A stretch of 31,826 nt of DNA from Longimicrobiaceae bacterium (GCA_036260145.1 DATAAL010000832.1:1-31826), one strand, 5' to 3'; counted from the first letter of the stretch, positions 15,235-23,956 are shown. The notes: generated by a model from the sequence alone, not told the origin. Program-made: numbers and translations.

Positions 15235-15677
15235 CCGCCCGGCCCCGCTCCGGCCGCGGCGGGCTCCATCTCCACCTCCCAGGACAGGCGCGTGTCCGGG
15301 GCGATGGTGTGCGCCACCGAGCAGTACTTCTCGAACGACAGCTCCACCGCCCGCTCCACGTGCTGCCTCTCCGAGCCGGTGGCGACGGTGAAGCGGAGCC
15401 GTGCCTCGGTGACGCGCCGCGGGGGCTCCGGCGCGCGGGCGAACTCCACCCGCACGCGGAGCGCGGTGGGCGGGGTGCGCCGCTTGCTCAGGATCTCCAC
15501 CACGTCGATGGCGGAGCAGGACGCGAGCGCCACCAGCACCGAGTCCACCGGGCTGGGCGCAGCCTCCCGGTTCCCGTCCACCAAGTGCGTCGGCCCGCCC
15601 TCGGGGCCGCCGCGGTAGCGCATCCCCCCCTCCCAGACCACCTCTACGGGGTACGGCGAAGGAACTCCCTCCGGCAT
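15231..15677 (-). CDS. OsmC family protein (YhfA-like)
   Basis: SPVDSVLVALASCSAIDVV...SFEKYCSVAHTI with the two conserved Cys; GTGA overlap with cysK. Confidence 0.9.
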   Translation of the reverse strand: MPEGVPSPYPVEVVWEGGMRYRGGPEGGPTHLVDGNREAAPSPVDSVLVALASCSAIDVVEILSKRRTPPTALRVRVEFARAPEPPRRVTEARLRFTVATGSERQHVERAVELSFEKYCSVAHTIAPDTRLSWEVEMEPAAAGAGPGG

Positions 15678-15701
15678 CTCATCCTCCCTGGAAGAAAGCG
15701 A

Positions 15702-15725
15702 ATCGCCCCGCCGGGGCGGGGCGAT
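15702..15725 (-). terminator. Intrinsic terminator-like hairpin
   Basis: atcgccccgcc-N2-ggcggggcgat, followed on the minus strand by tcgctttctt, downstream of the stop at 15760. Confidence 0.6.
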
Positions 15726-15759
15726 CTCGACCGTCGCGCGGGCGAGATTCGGGTCCGTC

Positions 15760-15984
15760 TCAGTACGGCTGCCGCGGCCCGGTCCCCGGCGGGTAGGGCG
15801 GGTCGCCGGGGTGCTGCGGGTCGCGTGGCTTGGTGCGGCTGGTGGCCGACAGGATCCCGATCCCGAGCAGCACGATCACTCCGATGGCGATCCACACCGC
15901 GGGGACGTTGAGCACGTACGCCGCGGCGGCCAGTCCGATCACGACTACGATAAACCCGAGCAGGTACGTCTGGAAGGACGTCAT
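15760..15984 (-). CDS. Small two-TM membrane protein with a Pro-rich tail (74 aa)
   Basis: Strong GGAGGTGA RBS; MTSFQTYLLGFIVVVIGLAAAAYVLNVPAVWIAIGVIVLLGIGILSATSRTKPRDP... Confidence 0.8.
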   Translation of the reverse strand: MTSFQTYLLGFIVVVIGLAAAAYVLNVPAVWIAIGVIVLLGIGILSATSRTKPRDPQHPGDPPYPPGTGPRQPY

Positions 15985-16061
15985 TCTCACCTCCGGTGGA
16001 GAGCGGAACCCGGCGCCACAGCGGCGCCCCCGGCGCGGAGATGCACGACGAATGCCGCCCC

Positions 16062-16871
16062 TCAGAGCGCGTGCACGTGCCGCGCCGCCAGCTCCTCCAG
16101 CCAGGGGTGCAGCCGGCCGTTGCTGGCCAGGACGCGCCCCGTCTCCACCGGGCCGAGCTCGTCTCCCGGCCACCCGCCCACCCGTCCCCCCGCCTCCTCC
16201 ACCAGCAGCGCCCCCGCCGCCACGTCCCATGGCGACAGCCCGATCTCGAAGTACCCCTCCACCCGCCCCGCGGCCACGTACGCCAGGTCGAGCGCGGCGC
16301 TCCCCGCCCGCCGCACGTCGTGCGTTCCCGTGATGGCGTCCGCCACCAGCCGCATGTAGGCATCGAGCCGTCCCTTCCCCTCCTTGAAGGGGAAGCCCGT
16401 GGCGAGGAGCGCCCCGGCGGGATCGCCCACCGGGCTGACGCGGATGGGGACGTCGTTGAGGAACGCCCCGCCTCCTCGCACGGCGTGGAAGACCTCGCCC
16501 AGGAGGGGAGCGTGGATCACGCCCACGGCGACTCCCCGGTCGTCCGCGAAGGCGATGCTGACGCAGGTGAAGGGATACCCGTGGACGAAGTTGGTGGTCC
16601 CGTCGATGGGGTCGATGATCCACCGCCGGCCCCCGGAGAGCAGCTCCCCCGCCGACTCCTCGGCCACGATCCCGTCGCCCGGGAAGTGCTCCCGGATCCG
16701 GGCGATTACCGCTCGCTCCGAGGCCTCGTCCACGGCGGTCACCAGGTCGCGCAGCCCCTTCTCGCGCACCTGCGCCGCCCCCTCCCGCGCCACGATGATC
16801 GCCGCAGCCTCCGCCGCCGCCCGCCGCGCGACCGCGAGCTCCGGCGCGAATGTAAGAAAATCGTCCGTCAT
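16062..16871 (-). CDS. suhB: Inositol monophosphatase family protein
   Basis: DLVTAVD, WIIDPIDGTTNFVHG, RRAGSAALDLAYVAAGR, PWDVAAG. Likely start MTDDF at 16871. Confidence 0.92.
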   Translation of the reverse strand: MTDDFLTFAPELAVARRAAAEAAAIIVAREGAAQVREKGLRDLVTAVDEASERAVIARIREHFPGDGIVAEESAGELLSGGRRWIIDPIDGTTNFVHGYPFTCVSIAFADDRGVAVGVIHAPLLGEVFHAVRGGGAFLNDVPIRVSPVGDPAGALLATGFPFKEGKGRLDAYMRLVADAITGTHDVRRAGSAALDLAYVAAGRVEGYFEIGLSPWDVAAGALLVEEAGGRVGGWPGDELGPVETGRVLASNGRLHPWLEELAARHVHAL

Positions 16872-16900
16872 CCGTAAGCCGTTTACGGTTCCCGCACTCC

Positions 16901-17842
16901 TCACTCCTCCGGGACCGCCACCCCTTTCCGCGACCCCAGCACCAGAGCCAGGGTGCTCCCCACGATCAGCAGCGCCCCCAGTACCGACCACCCGTCCGGG
17001 TACTCACCGAAGAAGACAGCCCCCCACGCCGCCGCCCACACGATCTGCGTGTACCCCACCGCGGTGGCCCGCCCCGCCCGCTCCAGCTGGAGCCCCCGCG
17101 TGAGGTACACCTGCCCGATCTGCGTGGCCACCCCCACCCCCAGCAGCACCAGCCAGTCGAGCGGCGTGGGCCAGACCGCCGGGGAGCCCATGAGCACCAG
17201 CGGCACCGTGAACGGCACCGTCACCAGCGGGAGGTAGAAGACGACCACCAGCGGATGCTCCCCCCGGAGTGTCCGGATGGTGGTGTACGCCACGGCGCTG
17301 AACACCGCCCCCGTGAGCGCGAGTGCCACGTACCACGGGTTGAGCCGGGCCTCCCCGCCGAAGAGCACGGCCGGGTGCGTCACCAGCACCACCCCCGCCA
17401 GGCTGACGAAGACGCAGGCGATCTCCCGGCGCCCCATGCTCTCGCCGAGCAGCACCCCGGCCAGCACGGCCGTGAACACCGGGTTCATGTAATGGATGAC
17501 CGTGGCCTCGGCGATGGGGAGGTGCACCAGCGAGAAGTAGAAGCAGCTCAGCGCGATGCAGCCGTACAACCCGCGCAGCGCCAGCCGCCCCGGGCTCCGC
17601 CCCCACACCGGCACCCCCGCGCGCCGCATCATCGCCCAGCTCAGCACCAGGGTGATCACCGCCCGGGCGAGCACGATCTGCTGGCTCGGGAACCGCTCCC
17701 CGGCCACCTTCACCAGCAGGCTCATCACCGAGAACCAGAACGCCCCCACCGCCATGTACCACAGCCCCTTCGTGGAGGCCCGGACCGACGGAGCCCCCTG
17801 CGCCTCTCCCGGACCAGCGGCGGCGGCCTCGCCTTCGCCCAC
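16901..17842 (-). CDS. DMT (EamA/RhaT) family transporter
   Basis: Two EamA repeats (LPIAEATVIHYMNPVFTAVLAGVLLGE; AGRATAVGYTQIVWAAAWGAVFFGE) and about 10 TM helices. The start is uncertain (about 17756-17914). Confidence 0.9.
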   Translation of the reverse strand: MGEGEAAAAGPGEAQGAPSVRASTKGLWYMAVGAFWFSVMSLLVKVAGERFPSQQIVLARAVITLVLSWAMMRRAGVPVWGRSPGRLALRGLYGCIALSCFYFSLVHLPIAEATVIHYMNPVFTAVLAGVLLGESMGRREIACVFVSLAGVVLVTHPAVLFGGEARLNPWYVALALTGAVFSAVAYTTIRTLRGEHPLVVVFYLPLVTVPFTVPLVLMGSPAVWPTPLDWLVLLGVGVATQIGQVYLTRGLQLERAGRATAVGYTQIVWAAAWGAVFFGEYPDGWSVLGALLIVGSTLALVLGSRKGVAVPEE

Positions 17843-18089
17843 GCTTCCCCCCCCGCGCCTCCCGGCCCCCGGGAGTGCGGCGCGGGCGGAGACATCACCG
17901 ATCCTGCTTCGCATCTGCGTATACGGAAAGGGGGTGCGCCCGCGCCACCCCCGGAGGTTCTAATGCGTCGTCGCGCGCCCAAAGGTAACCGCGTTCCCGG
18001 CGCCGGTCCACGTCCGGCCGCCCCTCCCTCCCGCGCCGATGAAGCCGGAAGCCCGGGAGCATGGCGGATCTTGCGCACGGAGCGTACAT

Positions 18090-18105
18090 TGGCATCTTCT
18101 TCGCA
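18090..18105 (+). promoter_or_regulatory. Possible sigma54 promoter for the POT transporter
   Basis: TGGCATC-TTCT-TCGCA with exact -24/-12 spacing, about 140 nt upstream of 18244. Confidence 0.45.
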
Positions 18106-18243
18106 ACGCCGTGACCCACCCGTAGCCGCAGGACGCCGGATCGTACCGCGACGGAACCGCGCGTTACGTCGATCGGTACCACGCCCCATGGGATCCGCTG
18201 CTCCCTGTACGGCCCGAACCCGAACCCCCTACGCACACCCCCT

Positions 18244-19857
18244 ATGGCCAGGAATCCCTCATCGGATAACGCCGGCTCGTCCGCGGCCACCCTCTCCCCC
18301 CCGGGACCGCGCGGACCCGTCCCGGAGGACACCGGGTTCTTCGGACACCCGCGCGGCCTGGCGACGCTGTTCTTCACGGAGATGTGGGAGCGCTTCTCGT
18401 ACTACGGGCTGCGCCCCCTGCTGGTGCTGTTCATGGCCGCCGCGCTCAGCGAGGGCGGCTTCGGGTTCAGCCGCGACCAGGCATCGGCGATCGTCGGGAT
18501 CTACGGCTTCAGCGTCTACCTCGCCTCGCTCCCCGGCGGGTGGGTTGCCGACCGGCTCCTCGGCCTCCAGCGCGCCATCTTCATCGGCGCCTGTCTCATC
18601 ACGTCAGGGCACCTCTCGATCGGCCTCTCGGGGCTCGCCGGACCGGGCGGCGGGAAGGTGCCGTTCTTCCTGGGACTCGTCCTGATCGTGCTGGGCACCG
18701 GCCTCCTCAAGCCGAACATCTCGGCCATCGTCGGCGACCTGTACCCGGAGGGCGGCTCGCGGCGCGATGCCGGCTTCTCGATCTTCTACATGGGGATCAA
18801 CACCGGCGCCTTCTTCGGTCAGCTCATCACCGGCGCCCTCGGGGAGAAGGTCGGCTGGCACTACGGTTTCGGGGCCGCCGGCGTCGGCATGGCGTTCGGC
18901 CTCGTCGTCTTCTGGCTGACGCGGGGCAGGACGCTCCAGGGGATCGGCACATCGCCGTCGCGCCACCCGGACCCCGCCGTGCAGGCCCGCCAGGAGCGGA
19001 CGGTCAAGCTCGCACTCGGCGTCGGCCTCGCGCTCGTCGCGCTCGTCTTCGTGCTCGCGGCCATGGGGACGATCACCATCAACGCGCAGGCCATCGGCCG
19101 GCACCTGGTGAACATTACCCTGGCGCTGGTGACGCTCTTCTTCCTGTTCGTCTTCTTCGCCGGCGGCATCGACCGGGACGAGAGGAAGCGCGTCGCGGTG
19201 ATCTTCGTCCTCTTCCTCTTCGCGATCGTCTTCTGGGGCGCGTTCGAGCAGGCGCCGACCTCGCTCAACCTCTTCGCCGCCGACTTCACCGACCGAAACA
19301 TCGGTGGCTGGGAGGTGCCGGCGACCTGGTTCCAGTCGATCAACTCGCTCTTCGTGATCCTGCTCGCGCCCGTGGCCGCCTGGGTCTGGGTTTCGCTCGG
19401 CAGGCGCGACCGGGACCTCTCGAGCCCGGGCAAGTTCGCGCTCGGCCTCGCCTTCGCGGCGATCGGCTTCGCGCTCATGATCGTCGCCGCCAACCGCGTG
19501 GTCGAGAGCGGCGGCTCGCTCAGGGTCTCGGCCTGGTGGCTGGTGGGGAGCTACTTCTTCCAGACGGTCGGCGAGCTCTGCCTGAGCCCCGTCGGACTCT
19601 CGTCGATGACGAAGCTCTCGCCGCGCAAGTACGTGGGGCAGATGATGGGGATCTGGTTCACCGCCTCCGCGCTCGGCAACCTGATCGGCGGCCTCGTCGG
19701 AGGCCACGTCGACCCGGAGAAGCTCGAACAGATGCCGATCCTCTTCACGCGGACGACGATCTCGCTGGTCATCGCCGCCGTCGTGCTGGGGCTCCTGATC
19801 ATCCCCATCCGCCGCATGATGGCGGGCACCTCCCAGCACGGGGGGACGACGCACTGA
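18244..19857 (+). CDS. Proton-dependent oligopeptide transporter (POT/PTR family, MFS)
   Basis: FFTEMWERFSYYG (ExxERFxYY), GTGLLKPNIS, FSIFYMGINTGAF, FQSINSLF, GELCLSPVGLS. Confidence 0.95.
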   Translation: MARNPSSDNAGSSAATLSPPGPRGPVPEDTGFFGHPRGLATLFFTEMWERFSYYGLRPLLVLFMAAALSEGGFGFSRDQASAIVGIYGFSVYLASLPGGWVADRLLGLQRAIFIGACLITSGHLSIGLSGLAGPGGGKVPFFLGLVLIVLGTGLLKPNISAIVGDLYPEGGSRRDAGFSIFYMGINTGAFFGQLITGALGEKVGWHYGFGAAGVGMAFGLVVFWLTRGRTLQGIGTSPSRHPDPAVQARQERTVKLALGVGLALVALVFVLAAMGTITINAQAIGRHLVNITLALVTLFFLFVFFAGGIDRDERKRVAVIFVLFLFAIVFWGAFEQAPTSLNLFAADFTDRNIGGWEVPATWFQSINSLFVILLAPVAAWVWVSLGRRDRDLSSPGKFALGLAFAAIGFALMIVAANRVVESGGSLRVSAWWLVGSYFFQTVGELCLSPVGLSSMTKLSPRKYVGQMMGIWFTASALGNLIGGLVGGHVDPEKLEQMPILFTRTTISLVIAAVVLGLLIIPIRRMMAGTSQHGGTTH

Positions 19858-19881
19858 CGCCGCAGCGACCGCCGGGCCGGA

Positions 19882-19923
19882 CGCCGGGGCGCTCCCTTGC
19901 CGGGGGGCGCCCCGGCGCTGTTT
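19882..19923 (+). terminator. Intrinsic terminator-like hairpin after the POT gene
   Basis: cgccggggcgctccc / gggggcgccccggcg stem followed by ctgttt. Confidence 0.6.
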
Positions 19924-20003
19924 GACGGAGGAACGGGCGGCGCGTCCCGGTTTACAGGAGAGGGCCGGCGCGCGGCGTGTGATCCGGAAACGGAGAGGCG
20001 AGA

Positions 20004-20198
20004 ATGACGGACGAGCAGATCGGCGAGGAGATCCGCACCCGGGGGCTGGAGGTGGAGTACCTCCGGGAGCTGGCGGCGGCGCTGGGGTTCGCGGAGGAGG
20101 AGGGGTGGACCGAGGAGGTGTTCGCGGCCATGGAGGTGGCGACCCTGGAGGTGCGGCGCCACGCCGCGCTCCGGACGCTGGAGCTGAGCGGCGGATAG
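20004..20198 (+). CDS. Small acidic hypothetical protein (64 aa)
   Basis: GGAGAGG RBS and natural-looking helical sequence with 14 Glu. Confidence 0.65.
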   Translation: MTDEQIGEEIRTRGLEVEYLRELAAALGFAEEEGWTEEVFAAMEVATLEVRRHAALRTLELSGG

Positions 20199-20214
20199 AC
20201 ACCGGACGGCGCGC

Positions 20215-20245
20215 TTGACACCGCCGCATCGCATGTTTACCCGTT
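20215..20245 (+). promoter_or_regulatory. Possible sigma70 promoter for gntR-slipin
   Basis: Perfect TTGACA at 20215-20220; the -10 element is weak (tttacc/tacccg). Confidence 0.4.
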
Positions 20246-20270
20246 CAGCACCTCCTCCGCCCGGGTCTCC

Positions 20271-20636
20271 ATGTTCCACGTCGACCGGTCCGACCCCACC
20301 CCTGTCGAGATGCAGCTGGTCCGGACGATCCGCTCCGCGATCGGCGCCGGGCTCCTGTCCCCCGGGGAGCGGCTCCCCACCGTGCGGCAGCTCGCGGTGG
20401 ATCTCCGGGTGAACGCCAACGCGGTGGCGAACGCCTACGCGGAGCTGGAGCGGGAGGGGGTGCTCGAGACCCGTCCCGAGGTAGGGGTCGTGGTCCGTTC
20501 CACGCGGGAAGCGATCCGGCGGGAGAAGCTGGAGCTGGAGCTGTGCGCCCTAGAGGACGCCTTCCTCCGGGAAGCGGCGGCGCTGGGGTTCTCGCTGGAC
20601 GACGTCATCATCCACCTCGACAGCCGTCGAAGATAG
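20271..20636 (+). CDS. GntR-family transcriptional regulator, YtrA-like (short C-terminal domain)
   Basis: PVEMQLVRTIRSAIGAGLLSPGERLPTVRQLAVDLRVNANAVANAYAELEREGVL...GVVV; 121 aa ending EAAALGFSLDDV. Confidence 0.9.
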   Translation: MFHVDRSDPTPVEMQLVRTIRSAIGAGLLSPGERLPTVRQLAVDLRVNANAVANAYAELEREGVLETRPEVGVVVRSTREAIRREKLELELCALEDAFLREAAALGFSLDDVIIHLDSRRR

Positions 20637-20646
20637 GAAGGTCCCC

Positions 20647-21609
20647 ATGCCGTCCACCGATCTGGTTCCGGTCAGGACCAACCTCCCCGTCCCCCGGGGT
20701 CCGCGTCCCAACATCCTGGCCACCCTGGCCCTGGTGGCGCCCACCGCGCTCGGCGTCGGGGTGGCCGCCGCGCTGAACAGCCCGCTCGCCGCGATCGTGG
20801 GGGCGGGGCTGGGCTTGGTGGCCTCCTTCTCCCCCAAGATCGCGCAGCAGTGGGAGCGCGCGGTGGTGCTGCGGATGGGCCGCTACGTGGGACTCAAAGG
20901 GCCCGGTCCCTTCTGGCTGATCCCCTTCGTGGACAGGGTCACCGGATGGGTGGACCAGCGCACCGTGACCACCCCGTTCGCCGCGGAGCAGACGCTCACC
21001 TCCGACGCGGTGCCGGTGAACGTGGACGCGGTGCTCTTCTGGACGGTGTACGACCCGGAGAAGGCCGCGCTGGAGGTGCAGGACTACGGGCAGGCGGTGA
21101 GCTGGGCATCGCAGACGGCGCTGCGCGACATCATCGGGCGCACCTCGCTCACCGAGCTGCTCCGGGGGCGGGAGCGGATCGAGAAGGAGCTGCAGGCCCT
21201 GATCGACCAGCGCACCACCCCCTGGGGGGTAACGGTGCACTCGGTGGAGATGCGCGACGTGGTGATCCCCGCCTCGCTGCAGGACGCTATGTCTCGCGAG
21301 GCCCAGGCCTCGCGCGAGAAGCAGGCGCGGATCATCCTGGGCGAGGCCGAGGTGGAGATCGCCCGCCTCTTCGGGAAGGCGGCCGAGGAGTACCAGGGCA
21401 ACCCCACGGCGCTCCAGCTCCGGCAGATGAACATCCTGTACGAGGGGCTGAAGCAGAAGGGCGGGATGATGGTGGTCCCCAGCAGCATCGTGGACTCCCT
21501 GGGCCCCGCCGGGGTGCTGAGCGCGGCGGCGATGGCCGGTCAGGCACAGGCGCAGGAGGCGAAGGACCGGCGGACCCCGGAGCCGCTCCAGGTGGTCGTG
21601 GAGGAGTGA
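20647..21609 (+). CDS. SPFH/band-7 slipin (stomatin-like) membrane protein
   Basis: QQWERAVVLRMGR, GPGPFWLIPFVD, DAVPVNVDAVL, QTALRDIIG, WGVTVHSVEMRDV, AMSREAQASREKQAR, ALQLRQM. Confidence 0.93.
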   Translation: MPSTDLVPVRTNLPVPRGPRPNILATLALVAPTALGVGVAAALNSPLAAIVGAGLGLVASFSPKIAQQWERAVVLRMGRYVGLKGPGPFWLIPFVDRVTGWVDQRTVTTPFAAEQTLTSDAVPVNVDAVLFWTVYDPEKAALEVQDYGQAVSWASQTALRDIIGRTSLTELLRGRERIEKELQALIDQRTTPWGVTVHSVEMRDVVIPASLQDAMSREAQASREKQARIILGEAEVEIARLFGKAAEEYQGNPTALQLRQMNILYEGLKQKGGMMVVPSSIVDSLGPAGVLSAAAMAGQAQAQEAKDRRTPEPLQVVVEE

Positions 21610-21655
21610 GGGCGGCGGCCGAGGGAAGCCCGCGTGGTCGCCGGCCAGGCGCGCC

Positions 21656-21689
21656 GAAGGGCCCGGATCCGCCAGGACCCGGGCCCTTC
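21656..21689. terminator. Hairpin between the convergent slipin and M13 genes, likely a bidirectional terminator
   Basis: gaagggcccgg ... ccgggcccttc 11-bp stem. Confidence 0.6.
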
Positions 21690-21716
21690 GTCACGGATGG
21701 CGCCGTCTGCCCGTGC

Positions 21717-23801
21717 TTACCAGATCTTCACCCGCTTGTCGGCGGAGAGGTACATCCGGTCCCCCTCCTTCACCCCGAAGGCGGCGTAGAACTCCGGCAT
21801 GTTCCGCAGCACCCCGTTGGTCCGGTACTCGCCCGGCGAGTGGGGGTCCGTGAGGAGCTGCTGGCGCAGCGCCTCCTCGCGGAACAGGGCGCGCCAGACC
21901 TGCGCCCACCCCAGGAAGAAGCGCTGGTCGCCGGTGAAGCCGCCGATCACCGGCGCCTCCCGGCCGTTCAGCGACCGCCGGTACGCCTTGTACGCCACCG
22001 CCAGCCCGCTCAGGTCGCCGATGTTCTCACCCAGGGTGAGCCGGCCGTTGACGTTCAGTCCCTCCACGGGAGAGTACCCGCTGTACTGCTCCACCAGCGC
22101 GTTGGCCCGCTGCTGGAAGGCGGCGTTGTCCGCCTCGGTCCACCAGTCACGCAGGTTCCCCTCCCCGTCGGAGCGCCGCCCCTGGTCGTCGAAGCCGTGG
22201 CTGATCTCGTGCCCGATCACCGCCCCGATCGCCCCGTAGTTGACGGCGTCGTCCGCCTCCGGGTTGAAGAATGGCGGCTGCAGGATCGCCGCGGGGAAGA
22301 CGATCTCGTTCATGGTGGAGCTGTAGTACGCGTTCACCGTCTGCGGGGTCATCGCCCACTCGGTGCGGTCGATCGGCTTCCCGAGACGGTCGACCGCGCG
22401 CCGGAACGCGAACTCGCTCGCGCGCCGCACGTTCCCCACGAGGTCGCCCGGGCGGATCTCCAGCGCCGAGTAGTCACGCCACTGGTCCGGGTACCCGATC
22501 TTGACGGTGAACCGGGAGAGCTTGGCCTTCGCCTGGGCCTTGGTCTCGGGGCTCATCCACTCGAGCTGGTCGATCCCTTCGCGGAAGGCGGCCACCACGT
22601 TCGCCACGAGCTGCTCCATGCGCGCCTTCTGCTCGGGCCGGAAATGGCGCTCCACGTACATCCGCCCCACCATGTGCCCCAGGGCGCCCTCCACCACGTC
22701 CACGCCACGCTTCCAGCGGGGACGGTTCTGCTGCTGCCCCTGGAGCGCCCGGCCGCGGAAGGCGAACCGCGCCTCCACGAACGGGCTGCTCAGCGACGGG
22801 GCGTACGCGTCCACCAGCTTGAAGGTGAGGTACTGCCTGAGCGTCTCCAGGGGAGTCCGGGCCAGGATCTGGTCCATGGCCTGGAAGTAGTCCGGCTGCC
22901 GGACCACCACCCCGGGGGTCTGCTCCGCGTCCAGCGCGTCCAGGTACTTGCTCCAGGAGAAACCGGGGGTGAGCTGGCCCAGCTCGGCCTCACTCTTCAG
23001 GTTGTAGGTGGCCTCGCGGTCGCGGCTCCTGGCGCGGTCCCAGTGCTTCTCGGCGAGCGCGGTCTCCAGGGCCAGGATGTTCCGCGCGCCCGCCGCGGGG
23101 TCACGCTCCCCCGCCAGGCGGAGGAGGGTCTCGATGTAGCCGAGGTACGCCGTCCGCGTCTCGGCGAGGCGGGGCTCCTGCCGGAGATAGTAGTCGCGGT
23201 CCGGGAGCCCCAGTCCGCTCTGGCTCGCCGTGGCGATGTAGCGGGTGGCCTGCTTCTGGTCCTGCTGCACGGAGAAGCCGATCGGCGTCTGCACCCCGAT
23301 CTTCTGCAGGTCGGCGAACAGCTCCGGGAGCTCCTGCCGGTTGCTCAGGGTCCGGATCTGCCGAAGGTTGCGCTCCAGGGGCTGGATCCCCAGCGACTCG
23401 ATCCGCGCGCTGTCCATGAAGCTGAGGAACAGGTCGCCCACCTTCTGCTGGTTCGAGCCGGGGGTCCGGTTCGGGCTGGCCGCGGCCTCCTCGATGATGG
23501 CGCGCAGCGCGGTCTCGCTCCGCTCGGCCAGCTCGGTGAATGCGGCGTAGGAGGCCCGGTCTGCGGGGATCTGCGTGCGACGGAGCCAGGCGCCGTTGGC
23601 GAAGCGGTAGAAGTCGTCCTGCGGGCGGACGCTCCGGTCGATGGCGGAGGTGTCCACGCCCAGGGCCTGCGCCTGCGAGGGCTGGGCTGCATGGCCGGCG
23701 TGGCCCTGCTGGGCGTCCAGCCCACCCGCCAACCCGCCCACGAGAAGCGAGGCGCCGAGCGCGCCGACCCACGGCCGGAGCAAACGCTTGTTCGGGTTCA
23801 T
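21717..23801 (-). CDS. Secreted M13-family zinc metalloendopeptidase (neprilysin/PepO-like)
   Basis: Signal peptide, RPQDDFYRFANGAW, VNAYY, FPAAILQPPFF, GHEISHGFD (HExxH), LGENIGD, DPHSP..R.NG. Confidence 0.95.
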   Translation of the reverse strand: MNPNKRLLRPWVGALGASLLVGGLAGGLDAQQGHAGHAAQPSQAQALGVDTSAIDRSVRPQDDFYRFANGAWLRRTQIPADRASYAAFTELAERSETALRAIIEEAAASPNRTPGSNQQKVGDLFLSFMDSARIESLGIQPLERNLRQIRTLSNRQELPELFADLQKIGVQTPIGFSVQQDQKQATRYIATASQSGLGLPDRDYYLRQEPRLAETRTAYLGYIETLLRLAGERDPAAGARNILALETALAEKHWDRARSRDREATYNLKSEAELGQLTPGFSWSKYLDALDAEQTPGVVVRQPDYFQAMDQILARTPLETLRQYLTFKLVDAYAPSLSSPFVEARFAFRGRALQGQQQNRPRWKRGVDVVEGALGHMVGRMYVERHFRPEQKARMEQLVANVVAAFREGIDQLEWMSPETKAQAKAKLSRFTVKIGYPDQWRDYSALEIRPGDLVGNVRRASEFAFRRAVDRLGKPIDRTEWAMTPQTVNAYYSSTMNEIVFPAAILQPPFFNPEADDAVNYGAIGAVIGHEISHGFDDQGRRSDGEGNLRDWWTEADNAAFQQRANALVEQYSGYSPVEGLNVNGRLTLGENIGDLSGLAVAYKAYRRSLNGREAPVIGGFTGDQRFFLGWAQVWRALFREEALRQQLLTDPHSPGEYRTNGVLRNMPEFYAAFGVKEGDRMYLSADKRVKIW

Positions 23802-23909
23802 ACGATCCGCTGTTGTGGATGAGTGTGCACAGGAACCACGGGAACAGATTTCTTTTTACCAGTACCGGCCGAAACGGTTCCGACAATCCGGCGGGCGCTC
23901 CACACGCGA

Positions 23910-23935
23910 AAGGCACCCCTCGCGAGGGGTGCCTT
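23910..23935 (-). terminator. Perfect 26-bp palindrome terminating the TonB-dependent receptor gene
   Basis: aaggcacccctcgcgaggggtgcctt is its own reverse complement and lies about 20 nt past the stop at 23957. Confidence 0.7.
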
Positions 23936-23956
23936 CCGCGGCGTCTCCACCTCCGG

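Noticed and set aside
17895-18377. 160-aa minus-strand ORF in the DMT-POT gap
   Set aside because: It overlaps the POT start on the opposite strand and has no motif or RBS; the region is better explained as divergent promoter DNA.
17950-20000. Integrative mobile element around the POT gene
   Set aside because: No integrase, transposase, tRNA target or flanking direct repeats were found; only the codon anomaly is reported.
20850-23822. 990-aa plus-strand ORF
   Set aside because: Off-frame over the slipin gene and antisense to the M13 peptidase; no recognisable domain.
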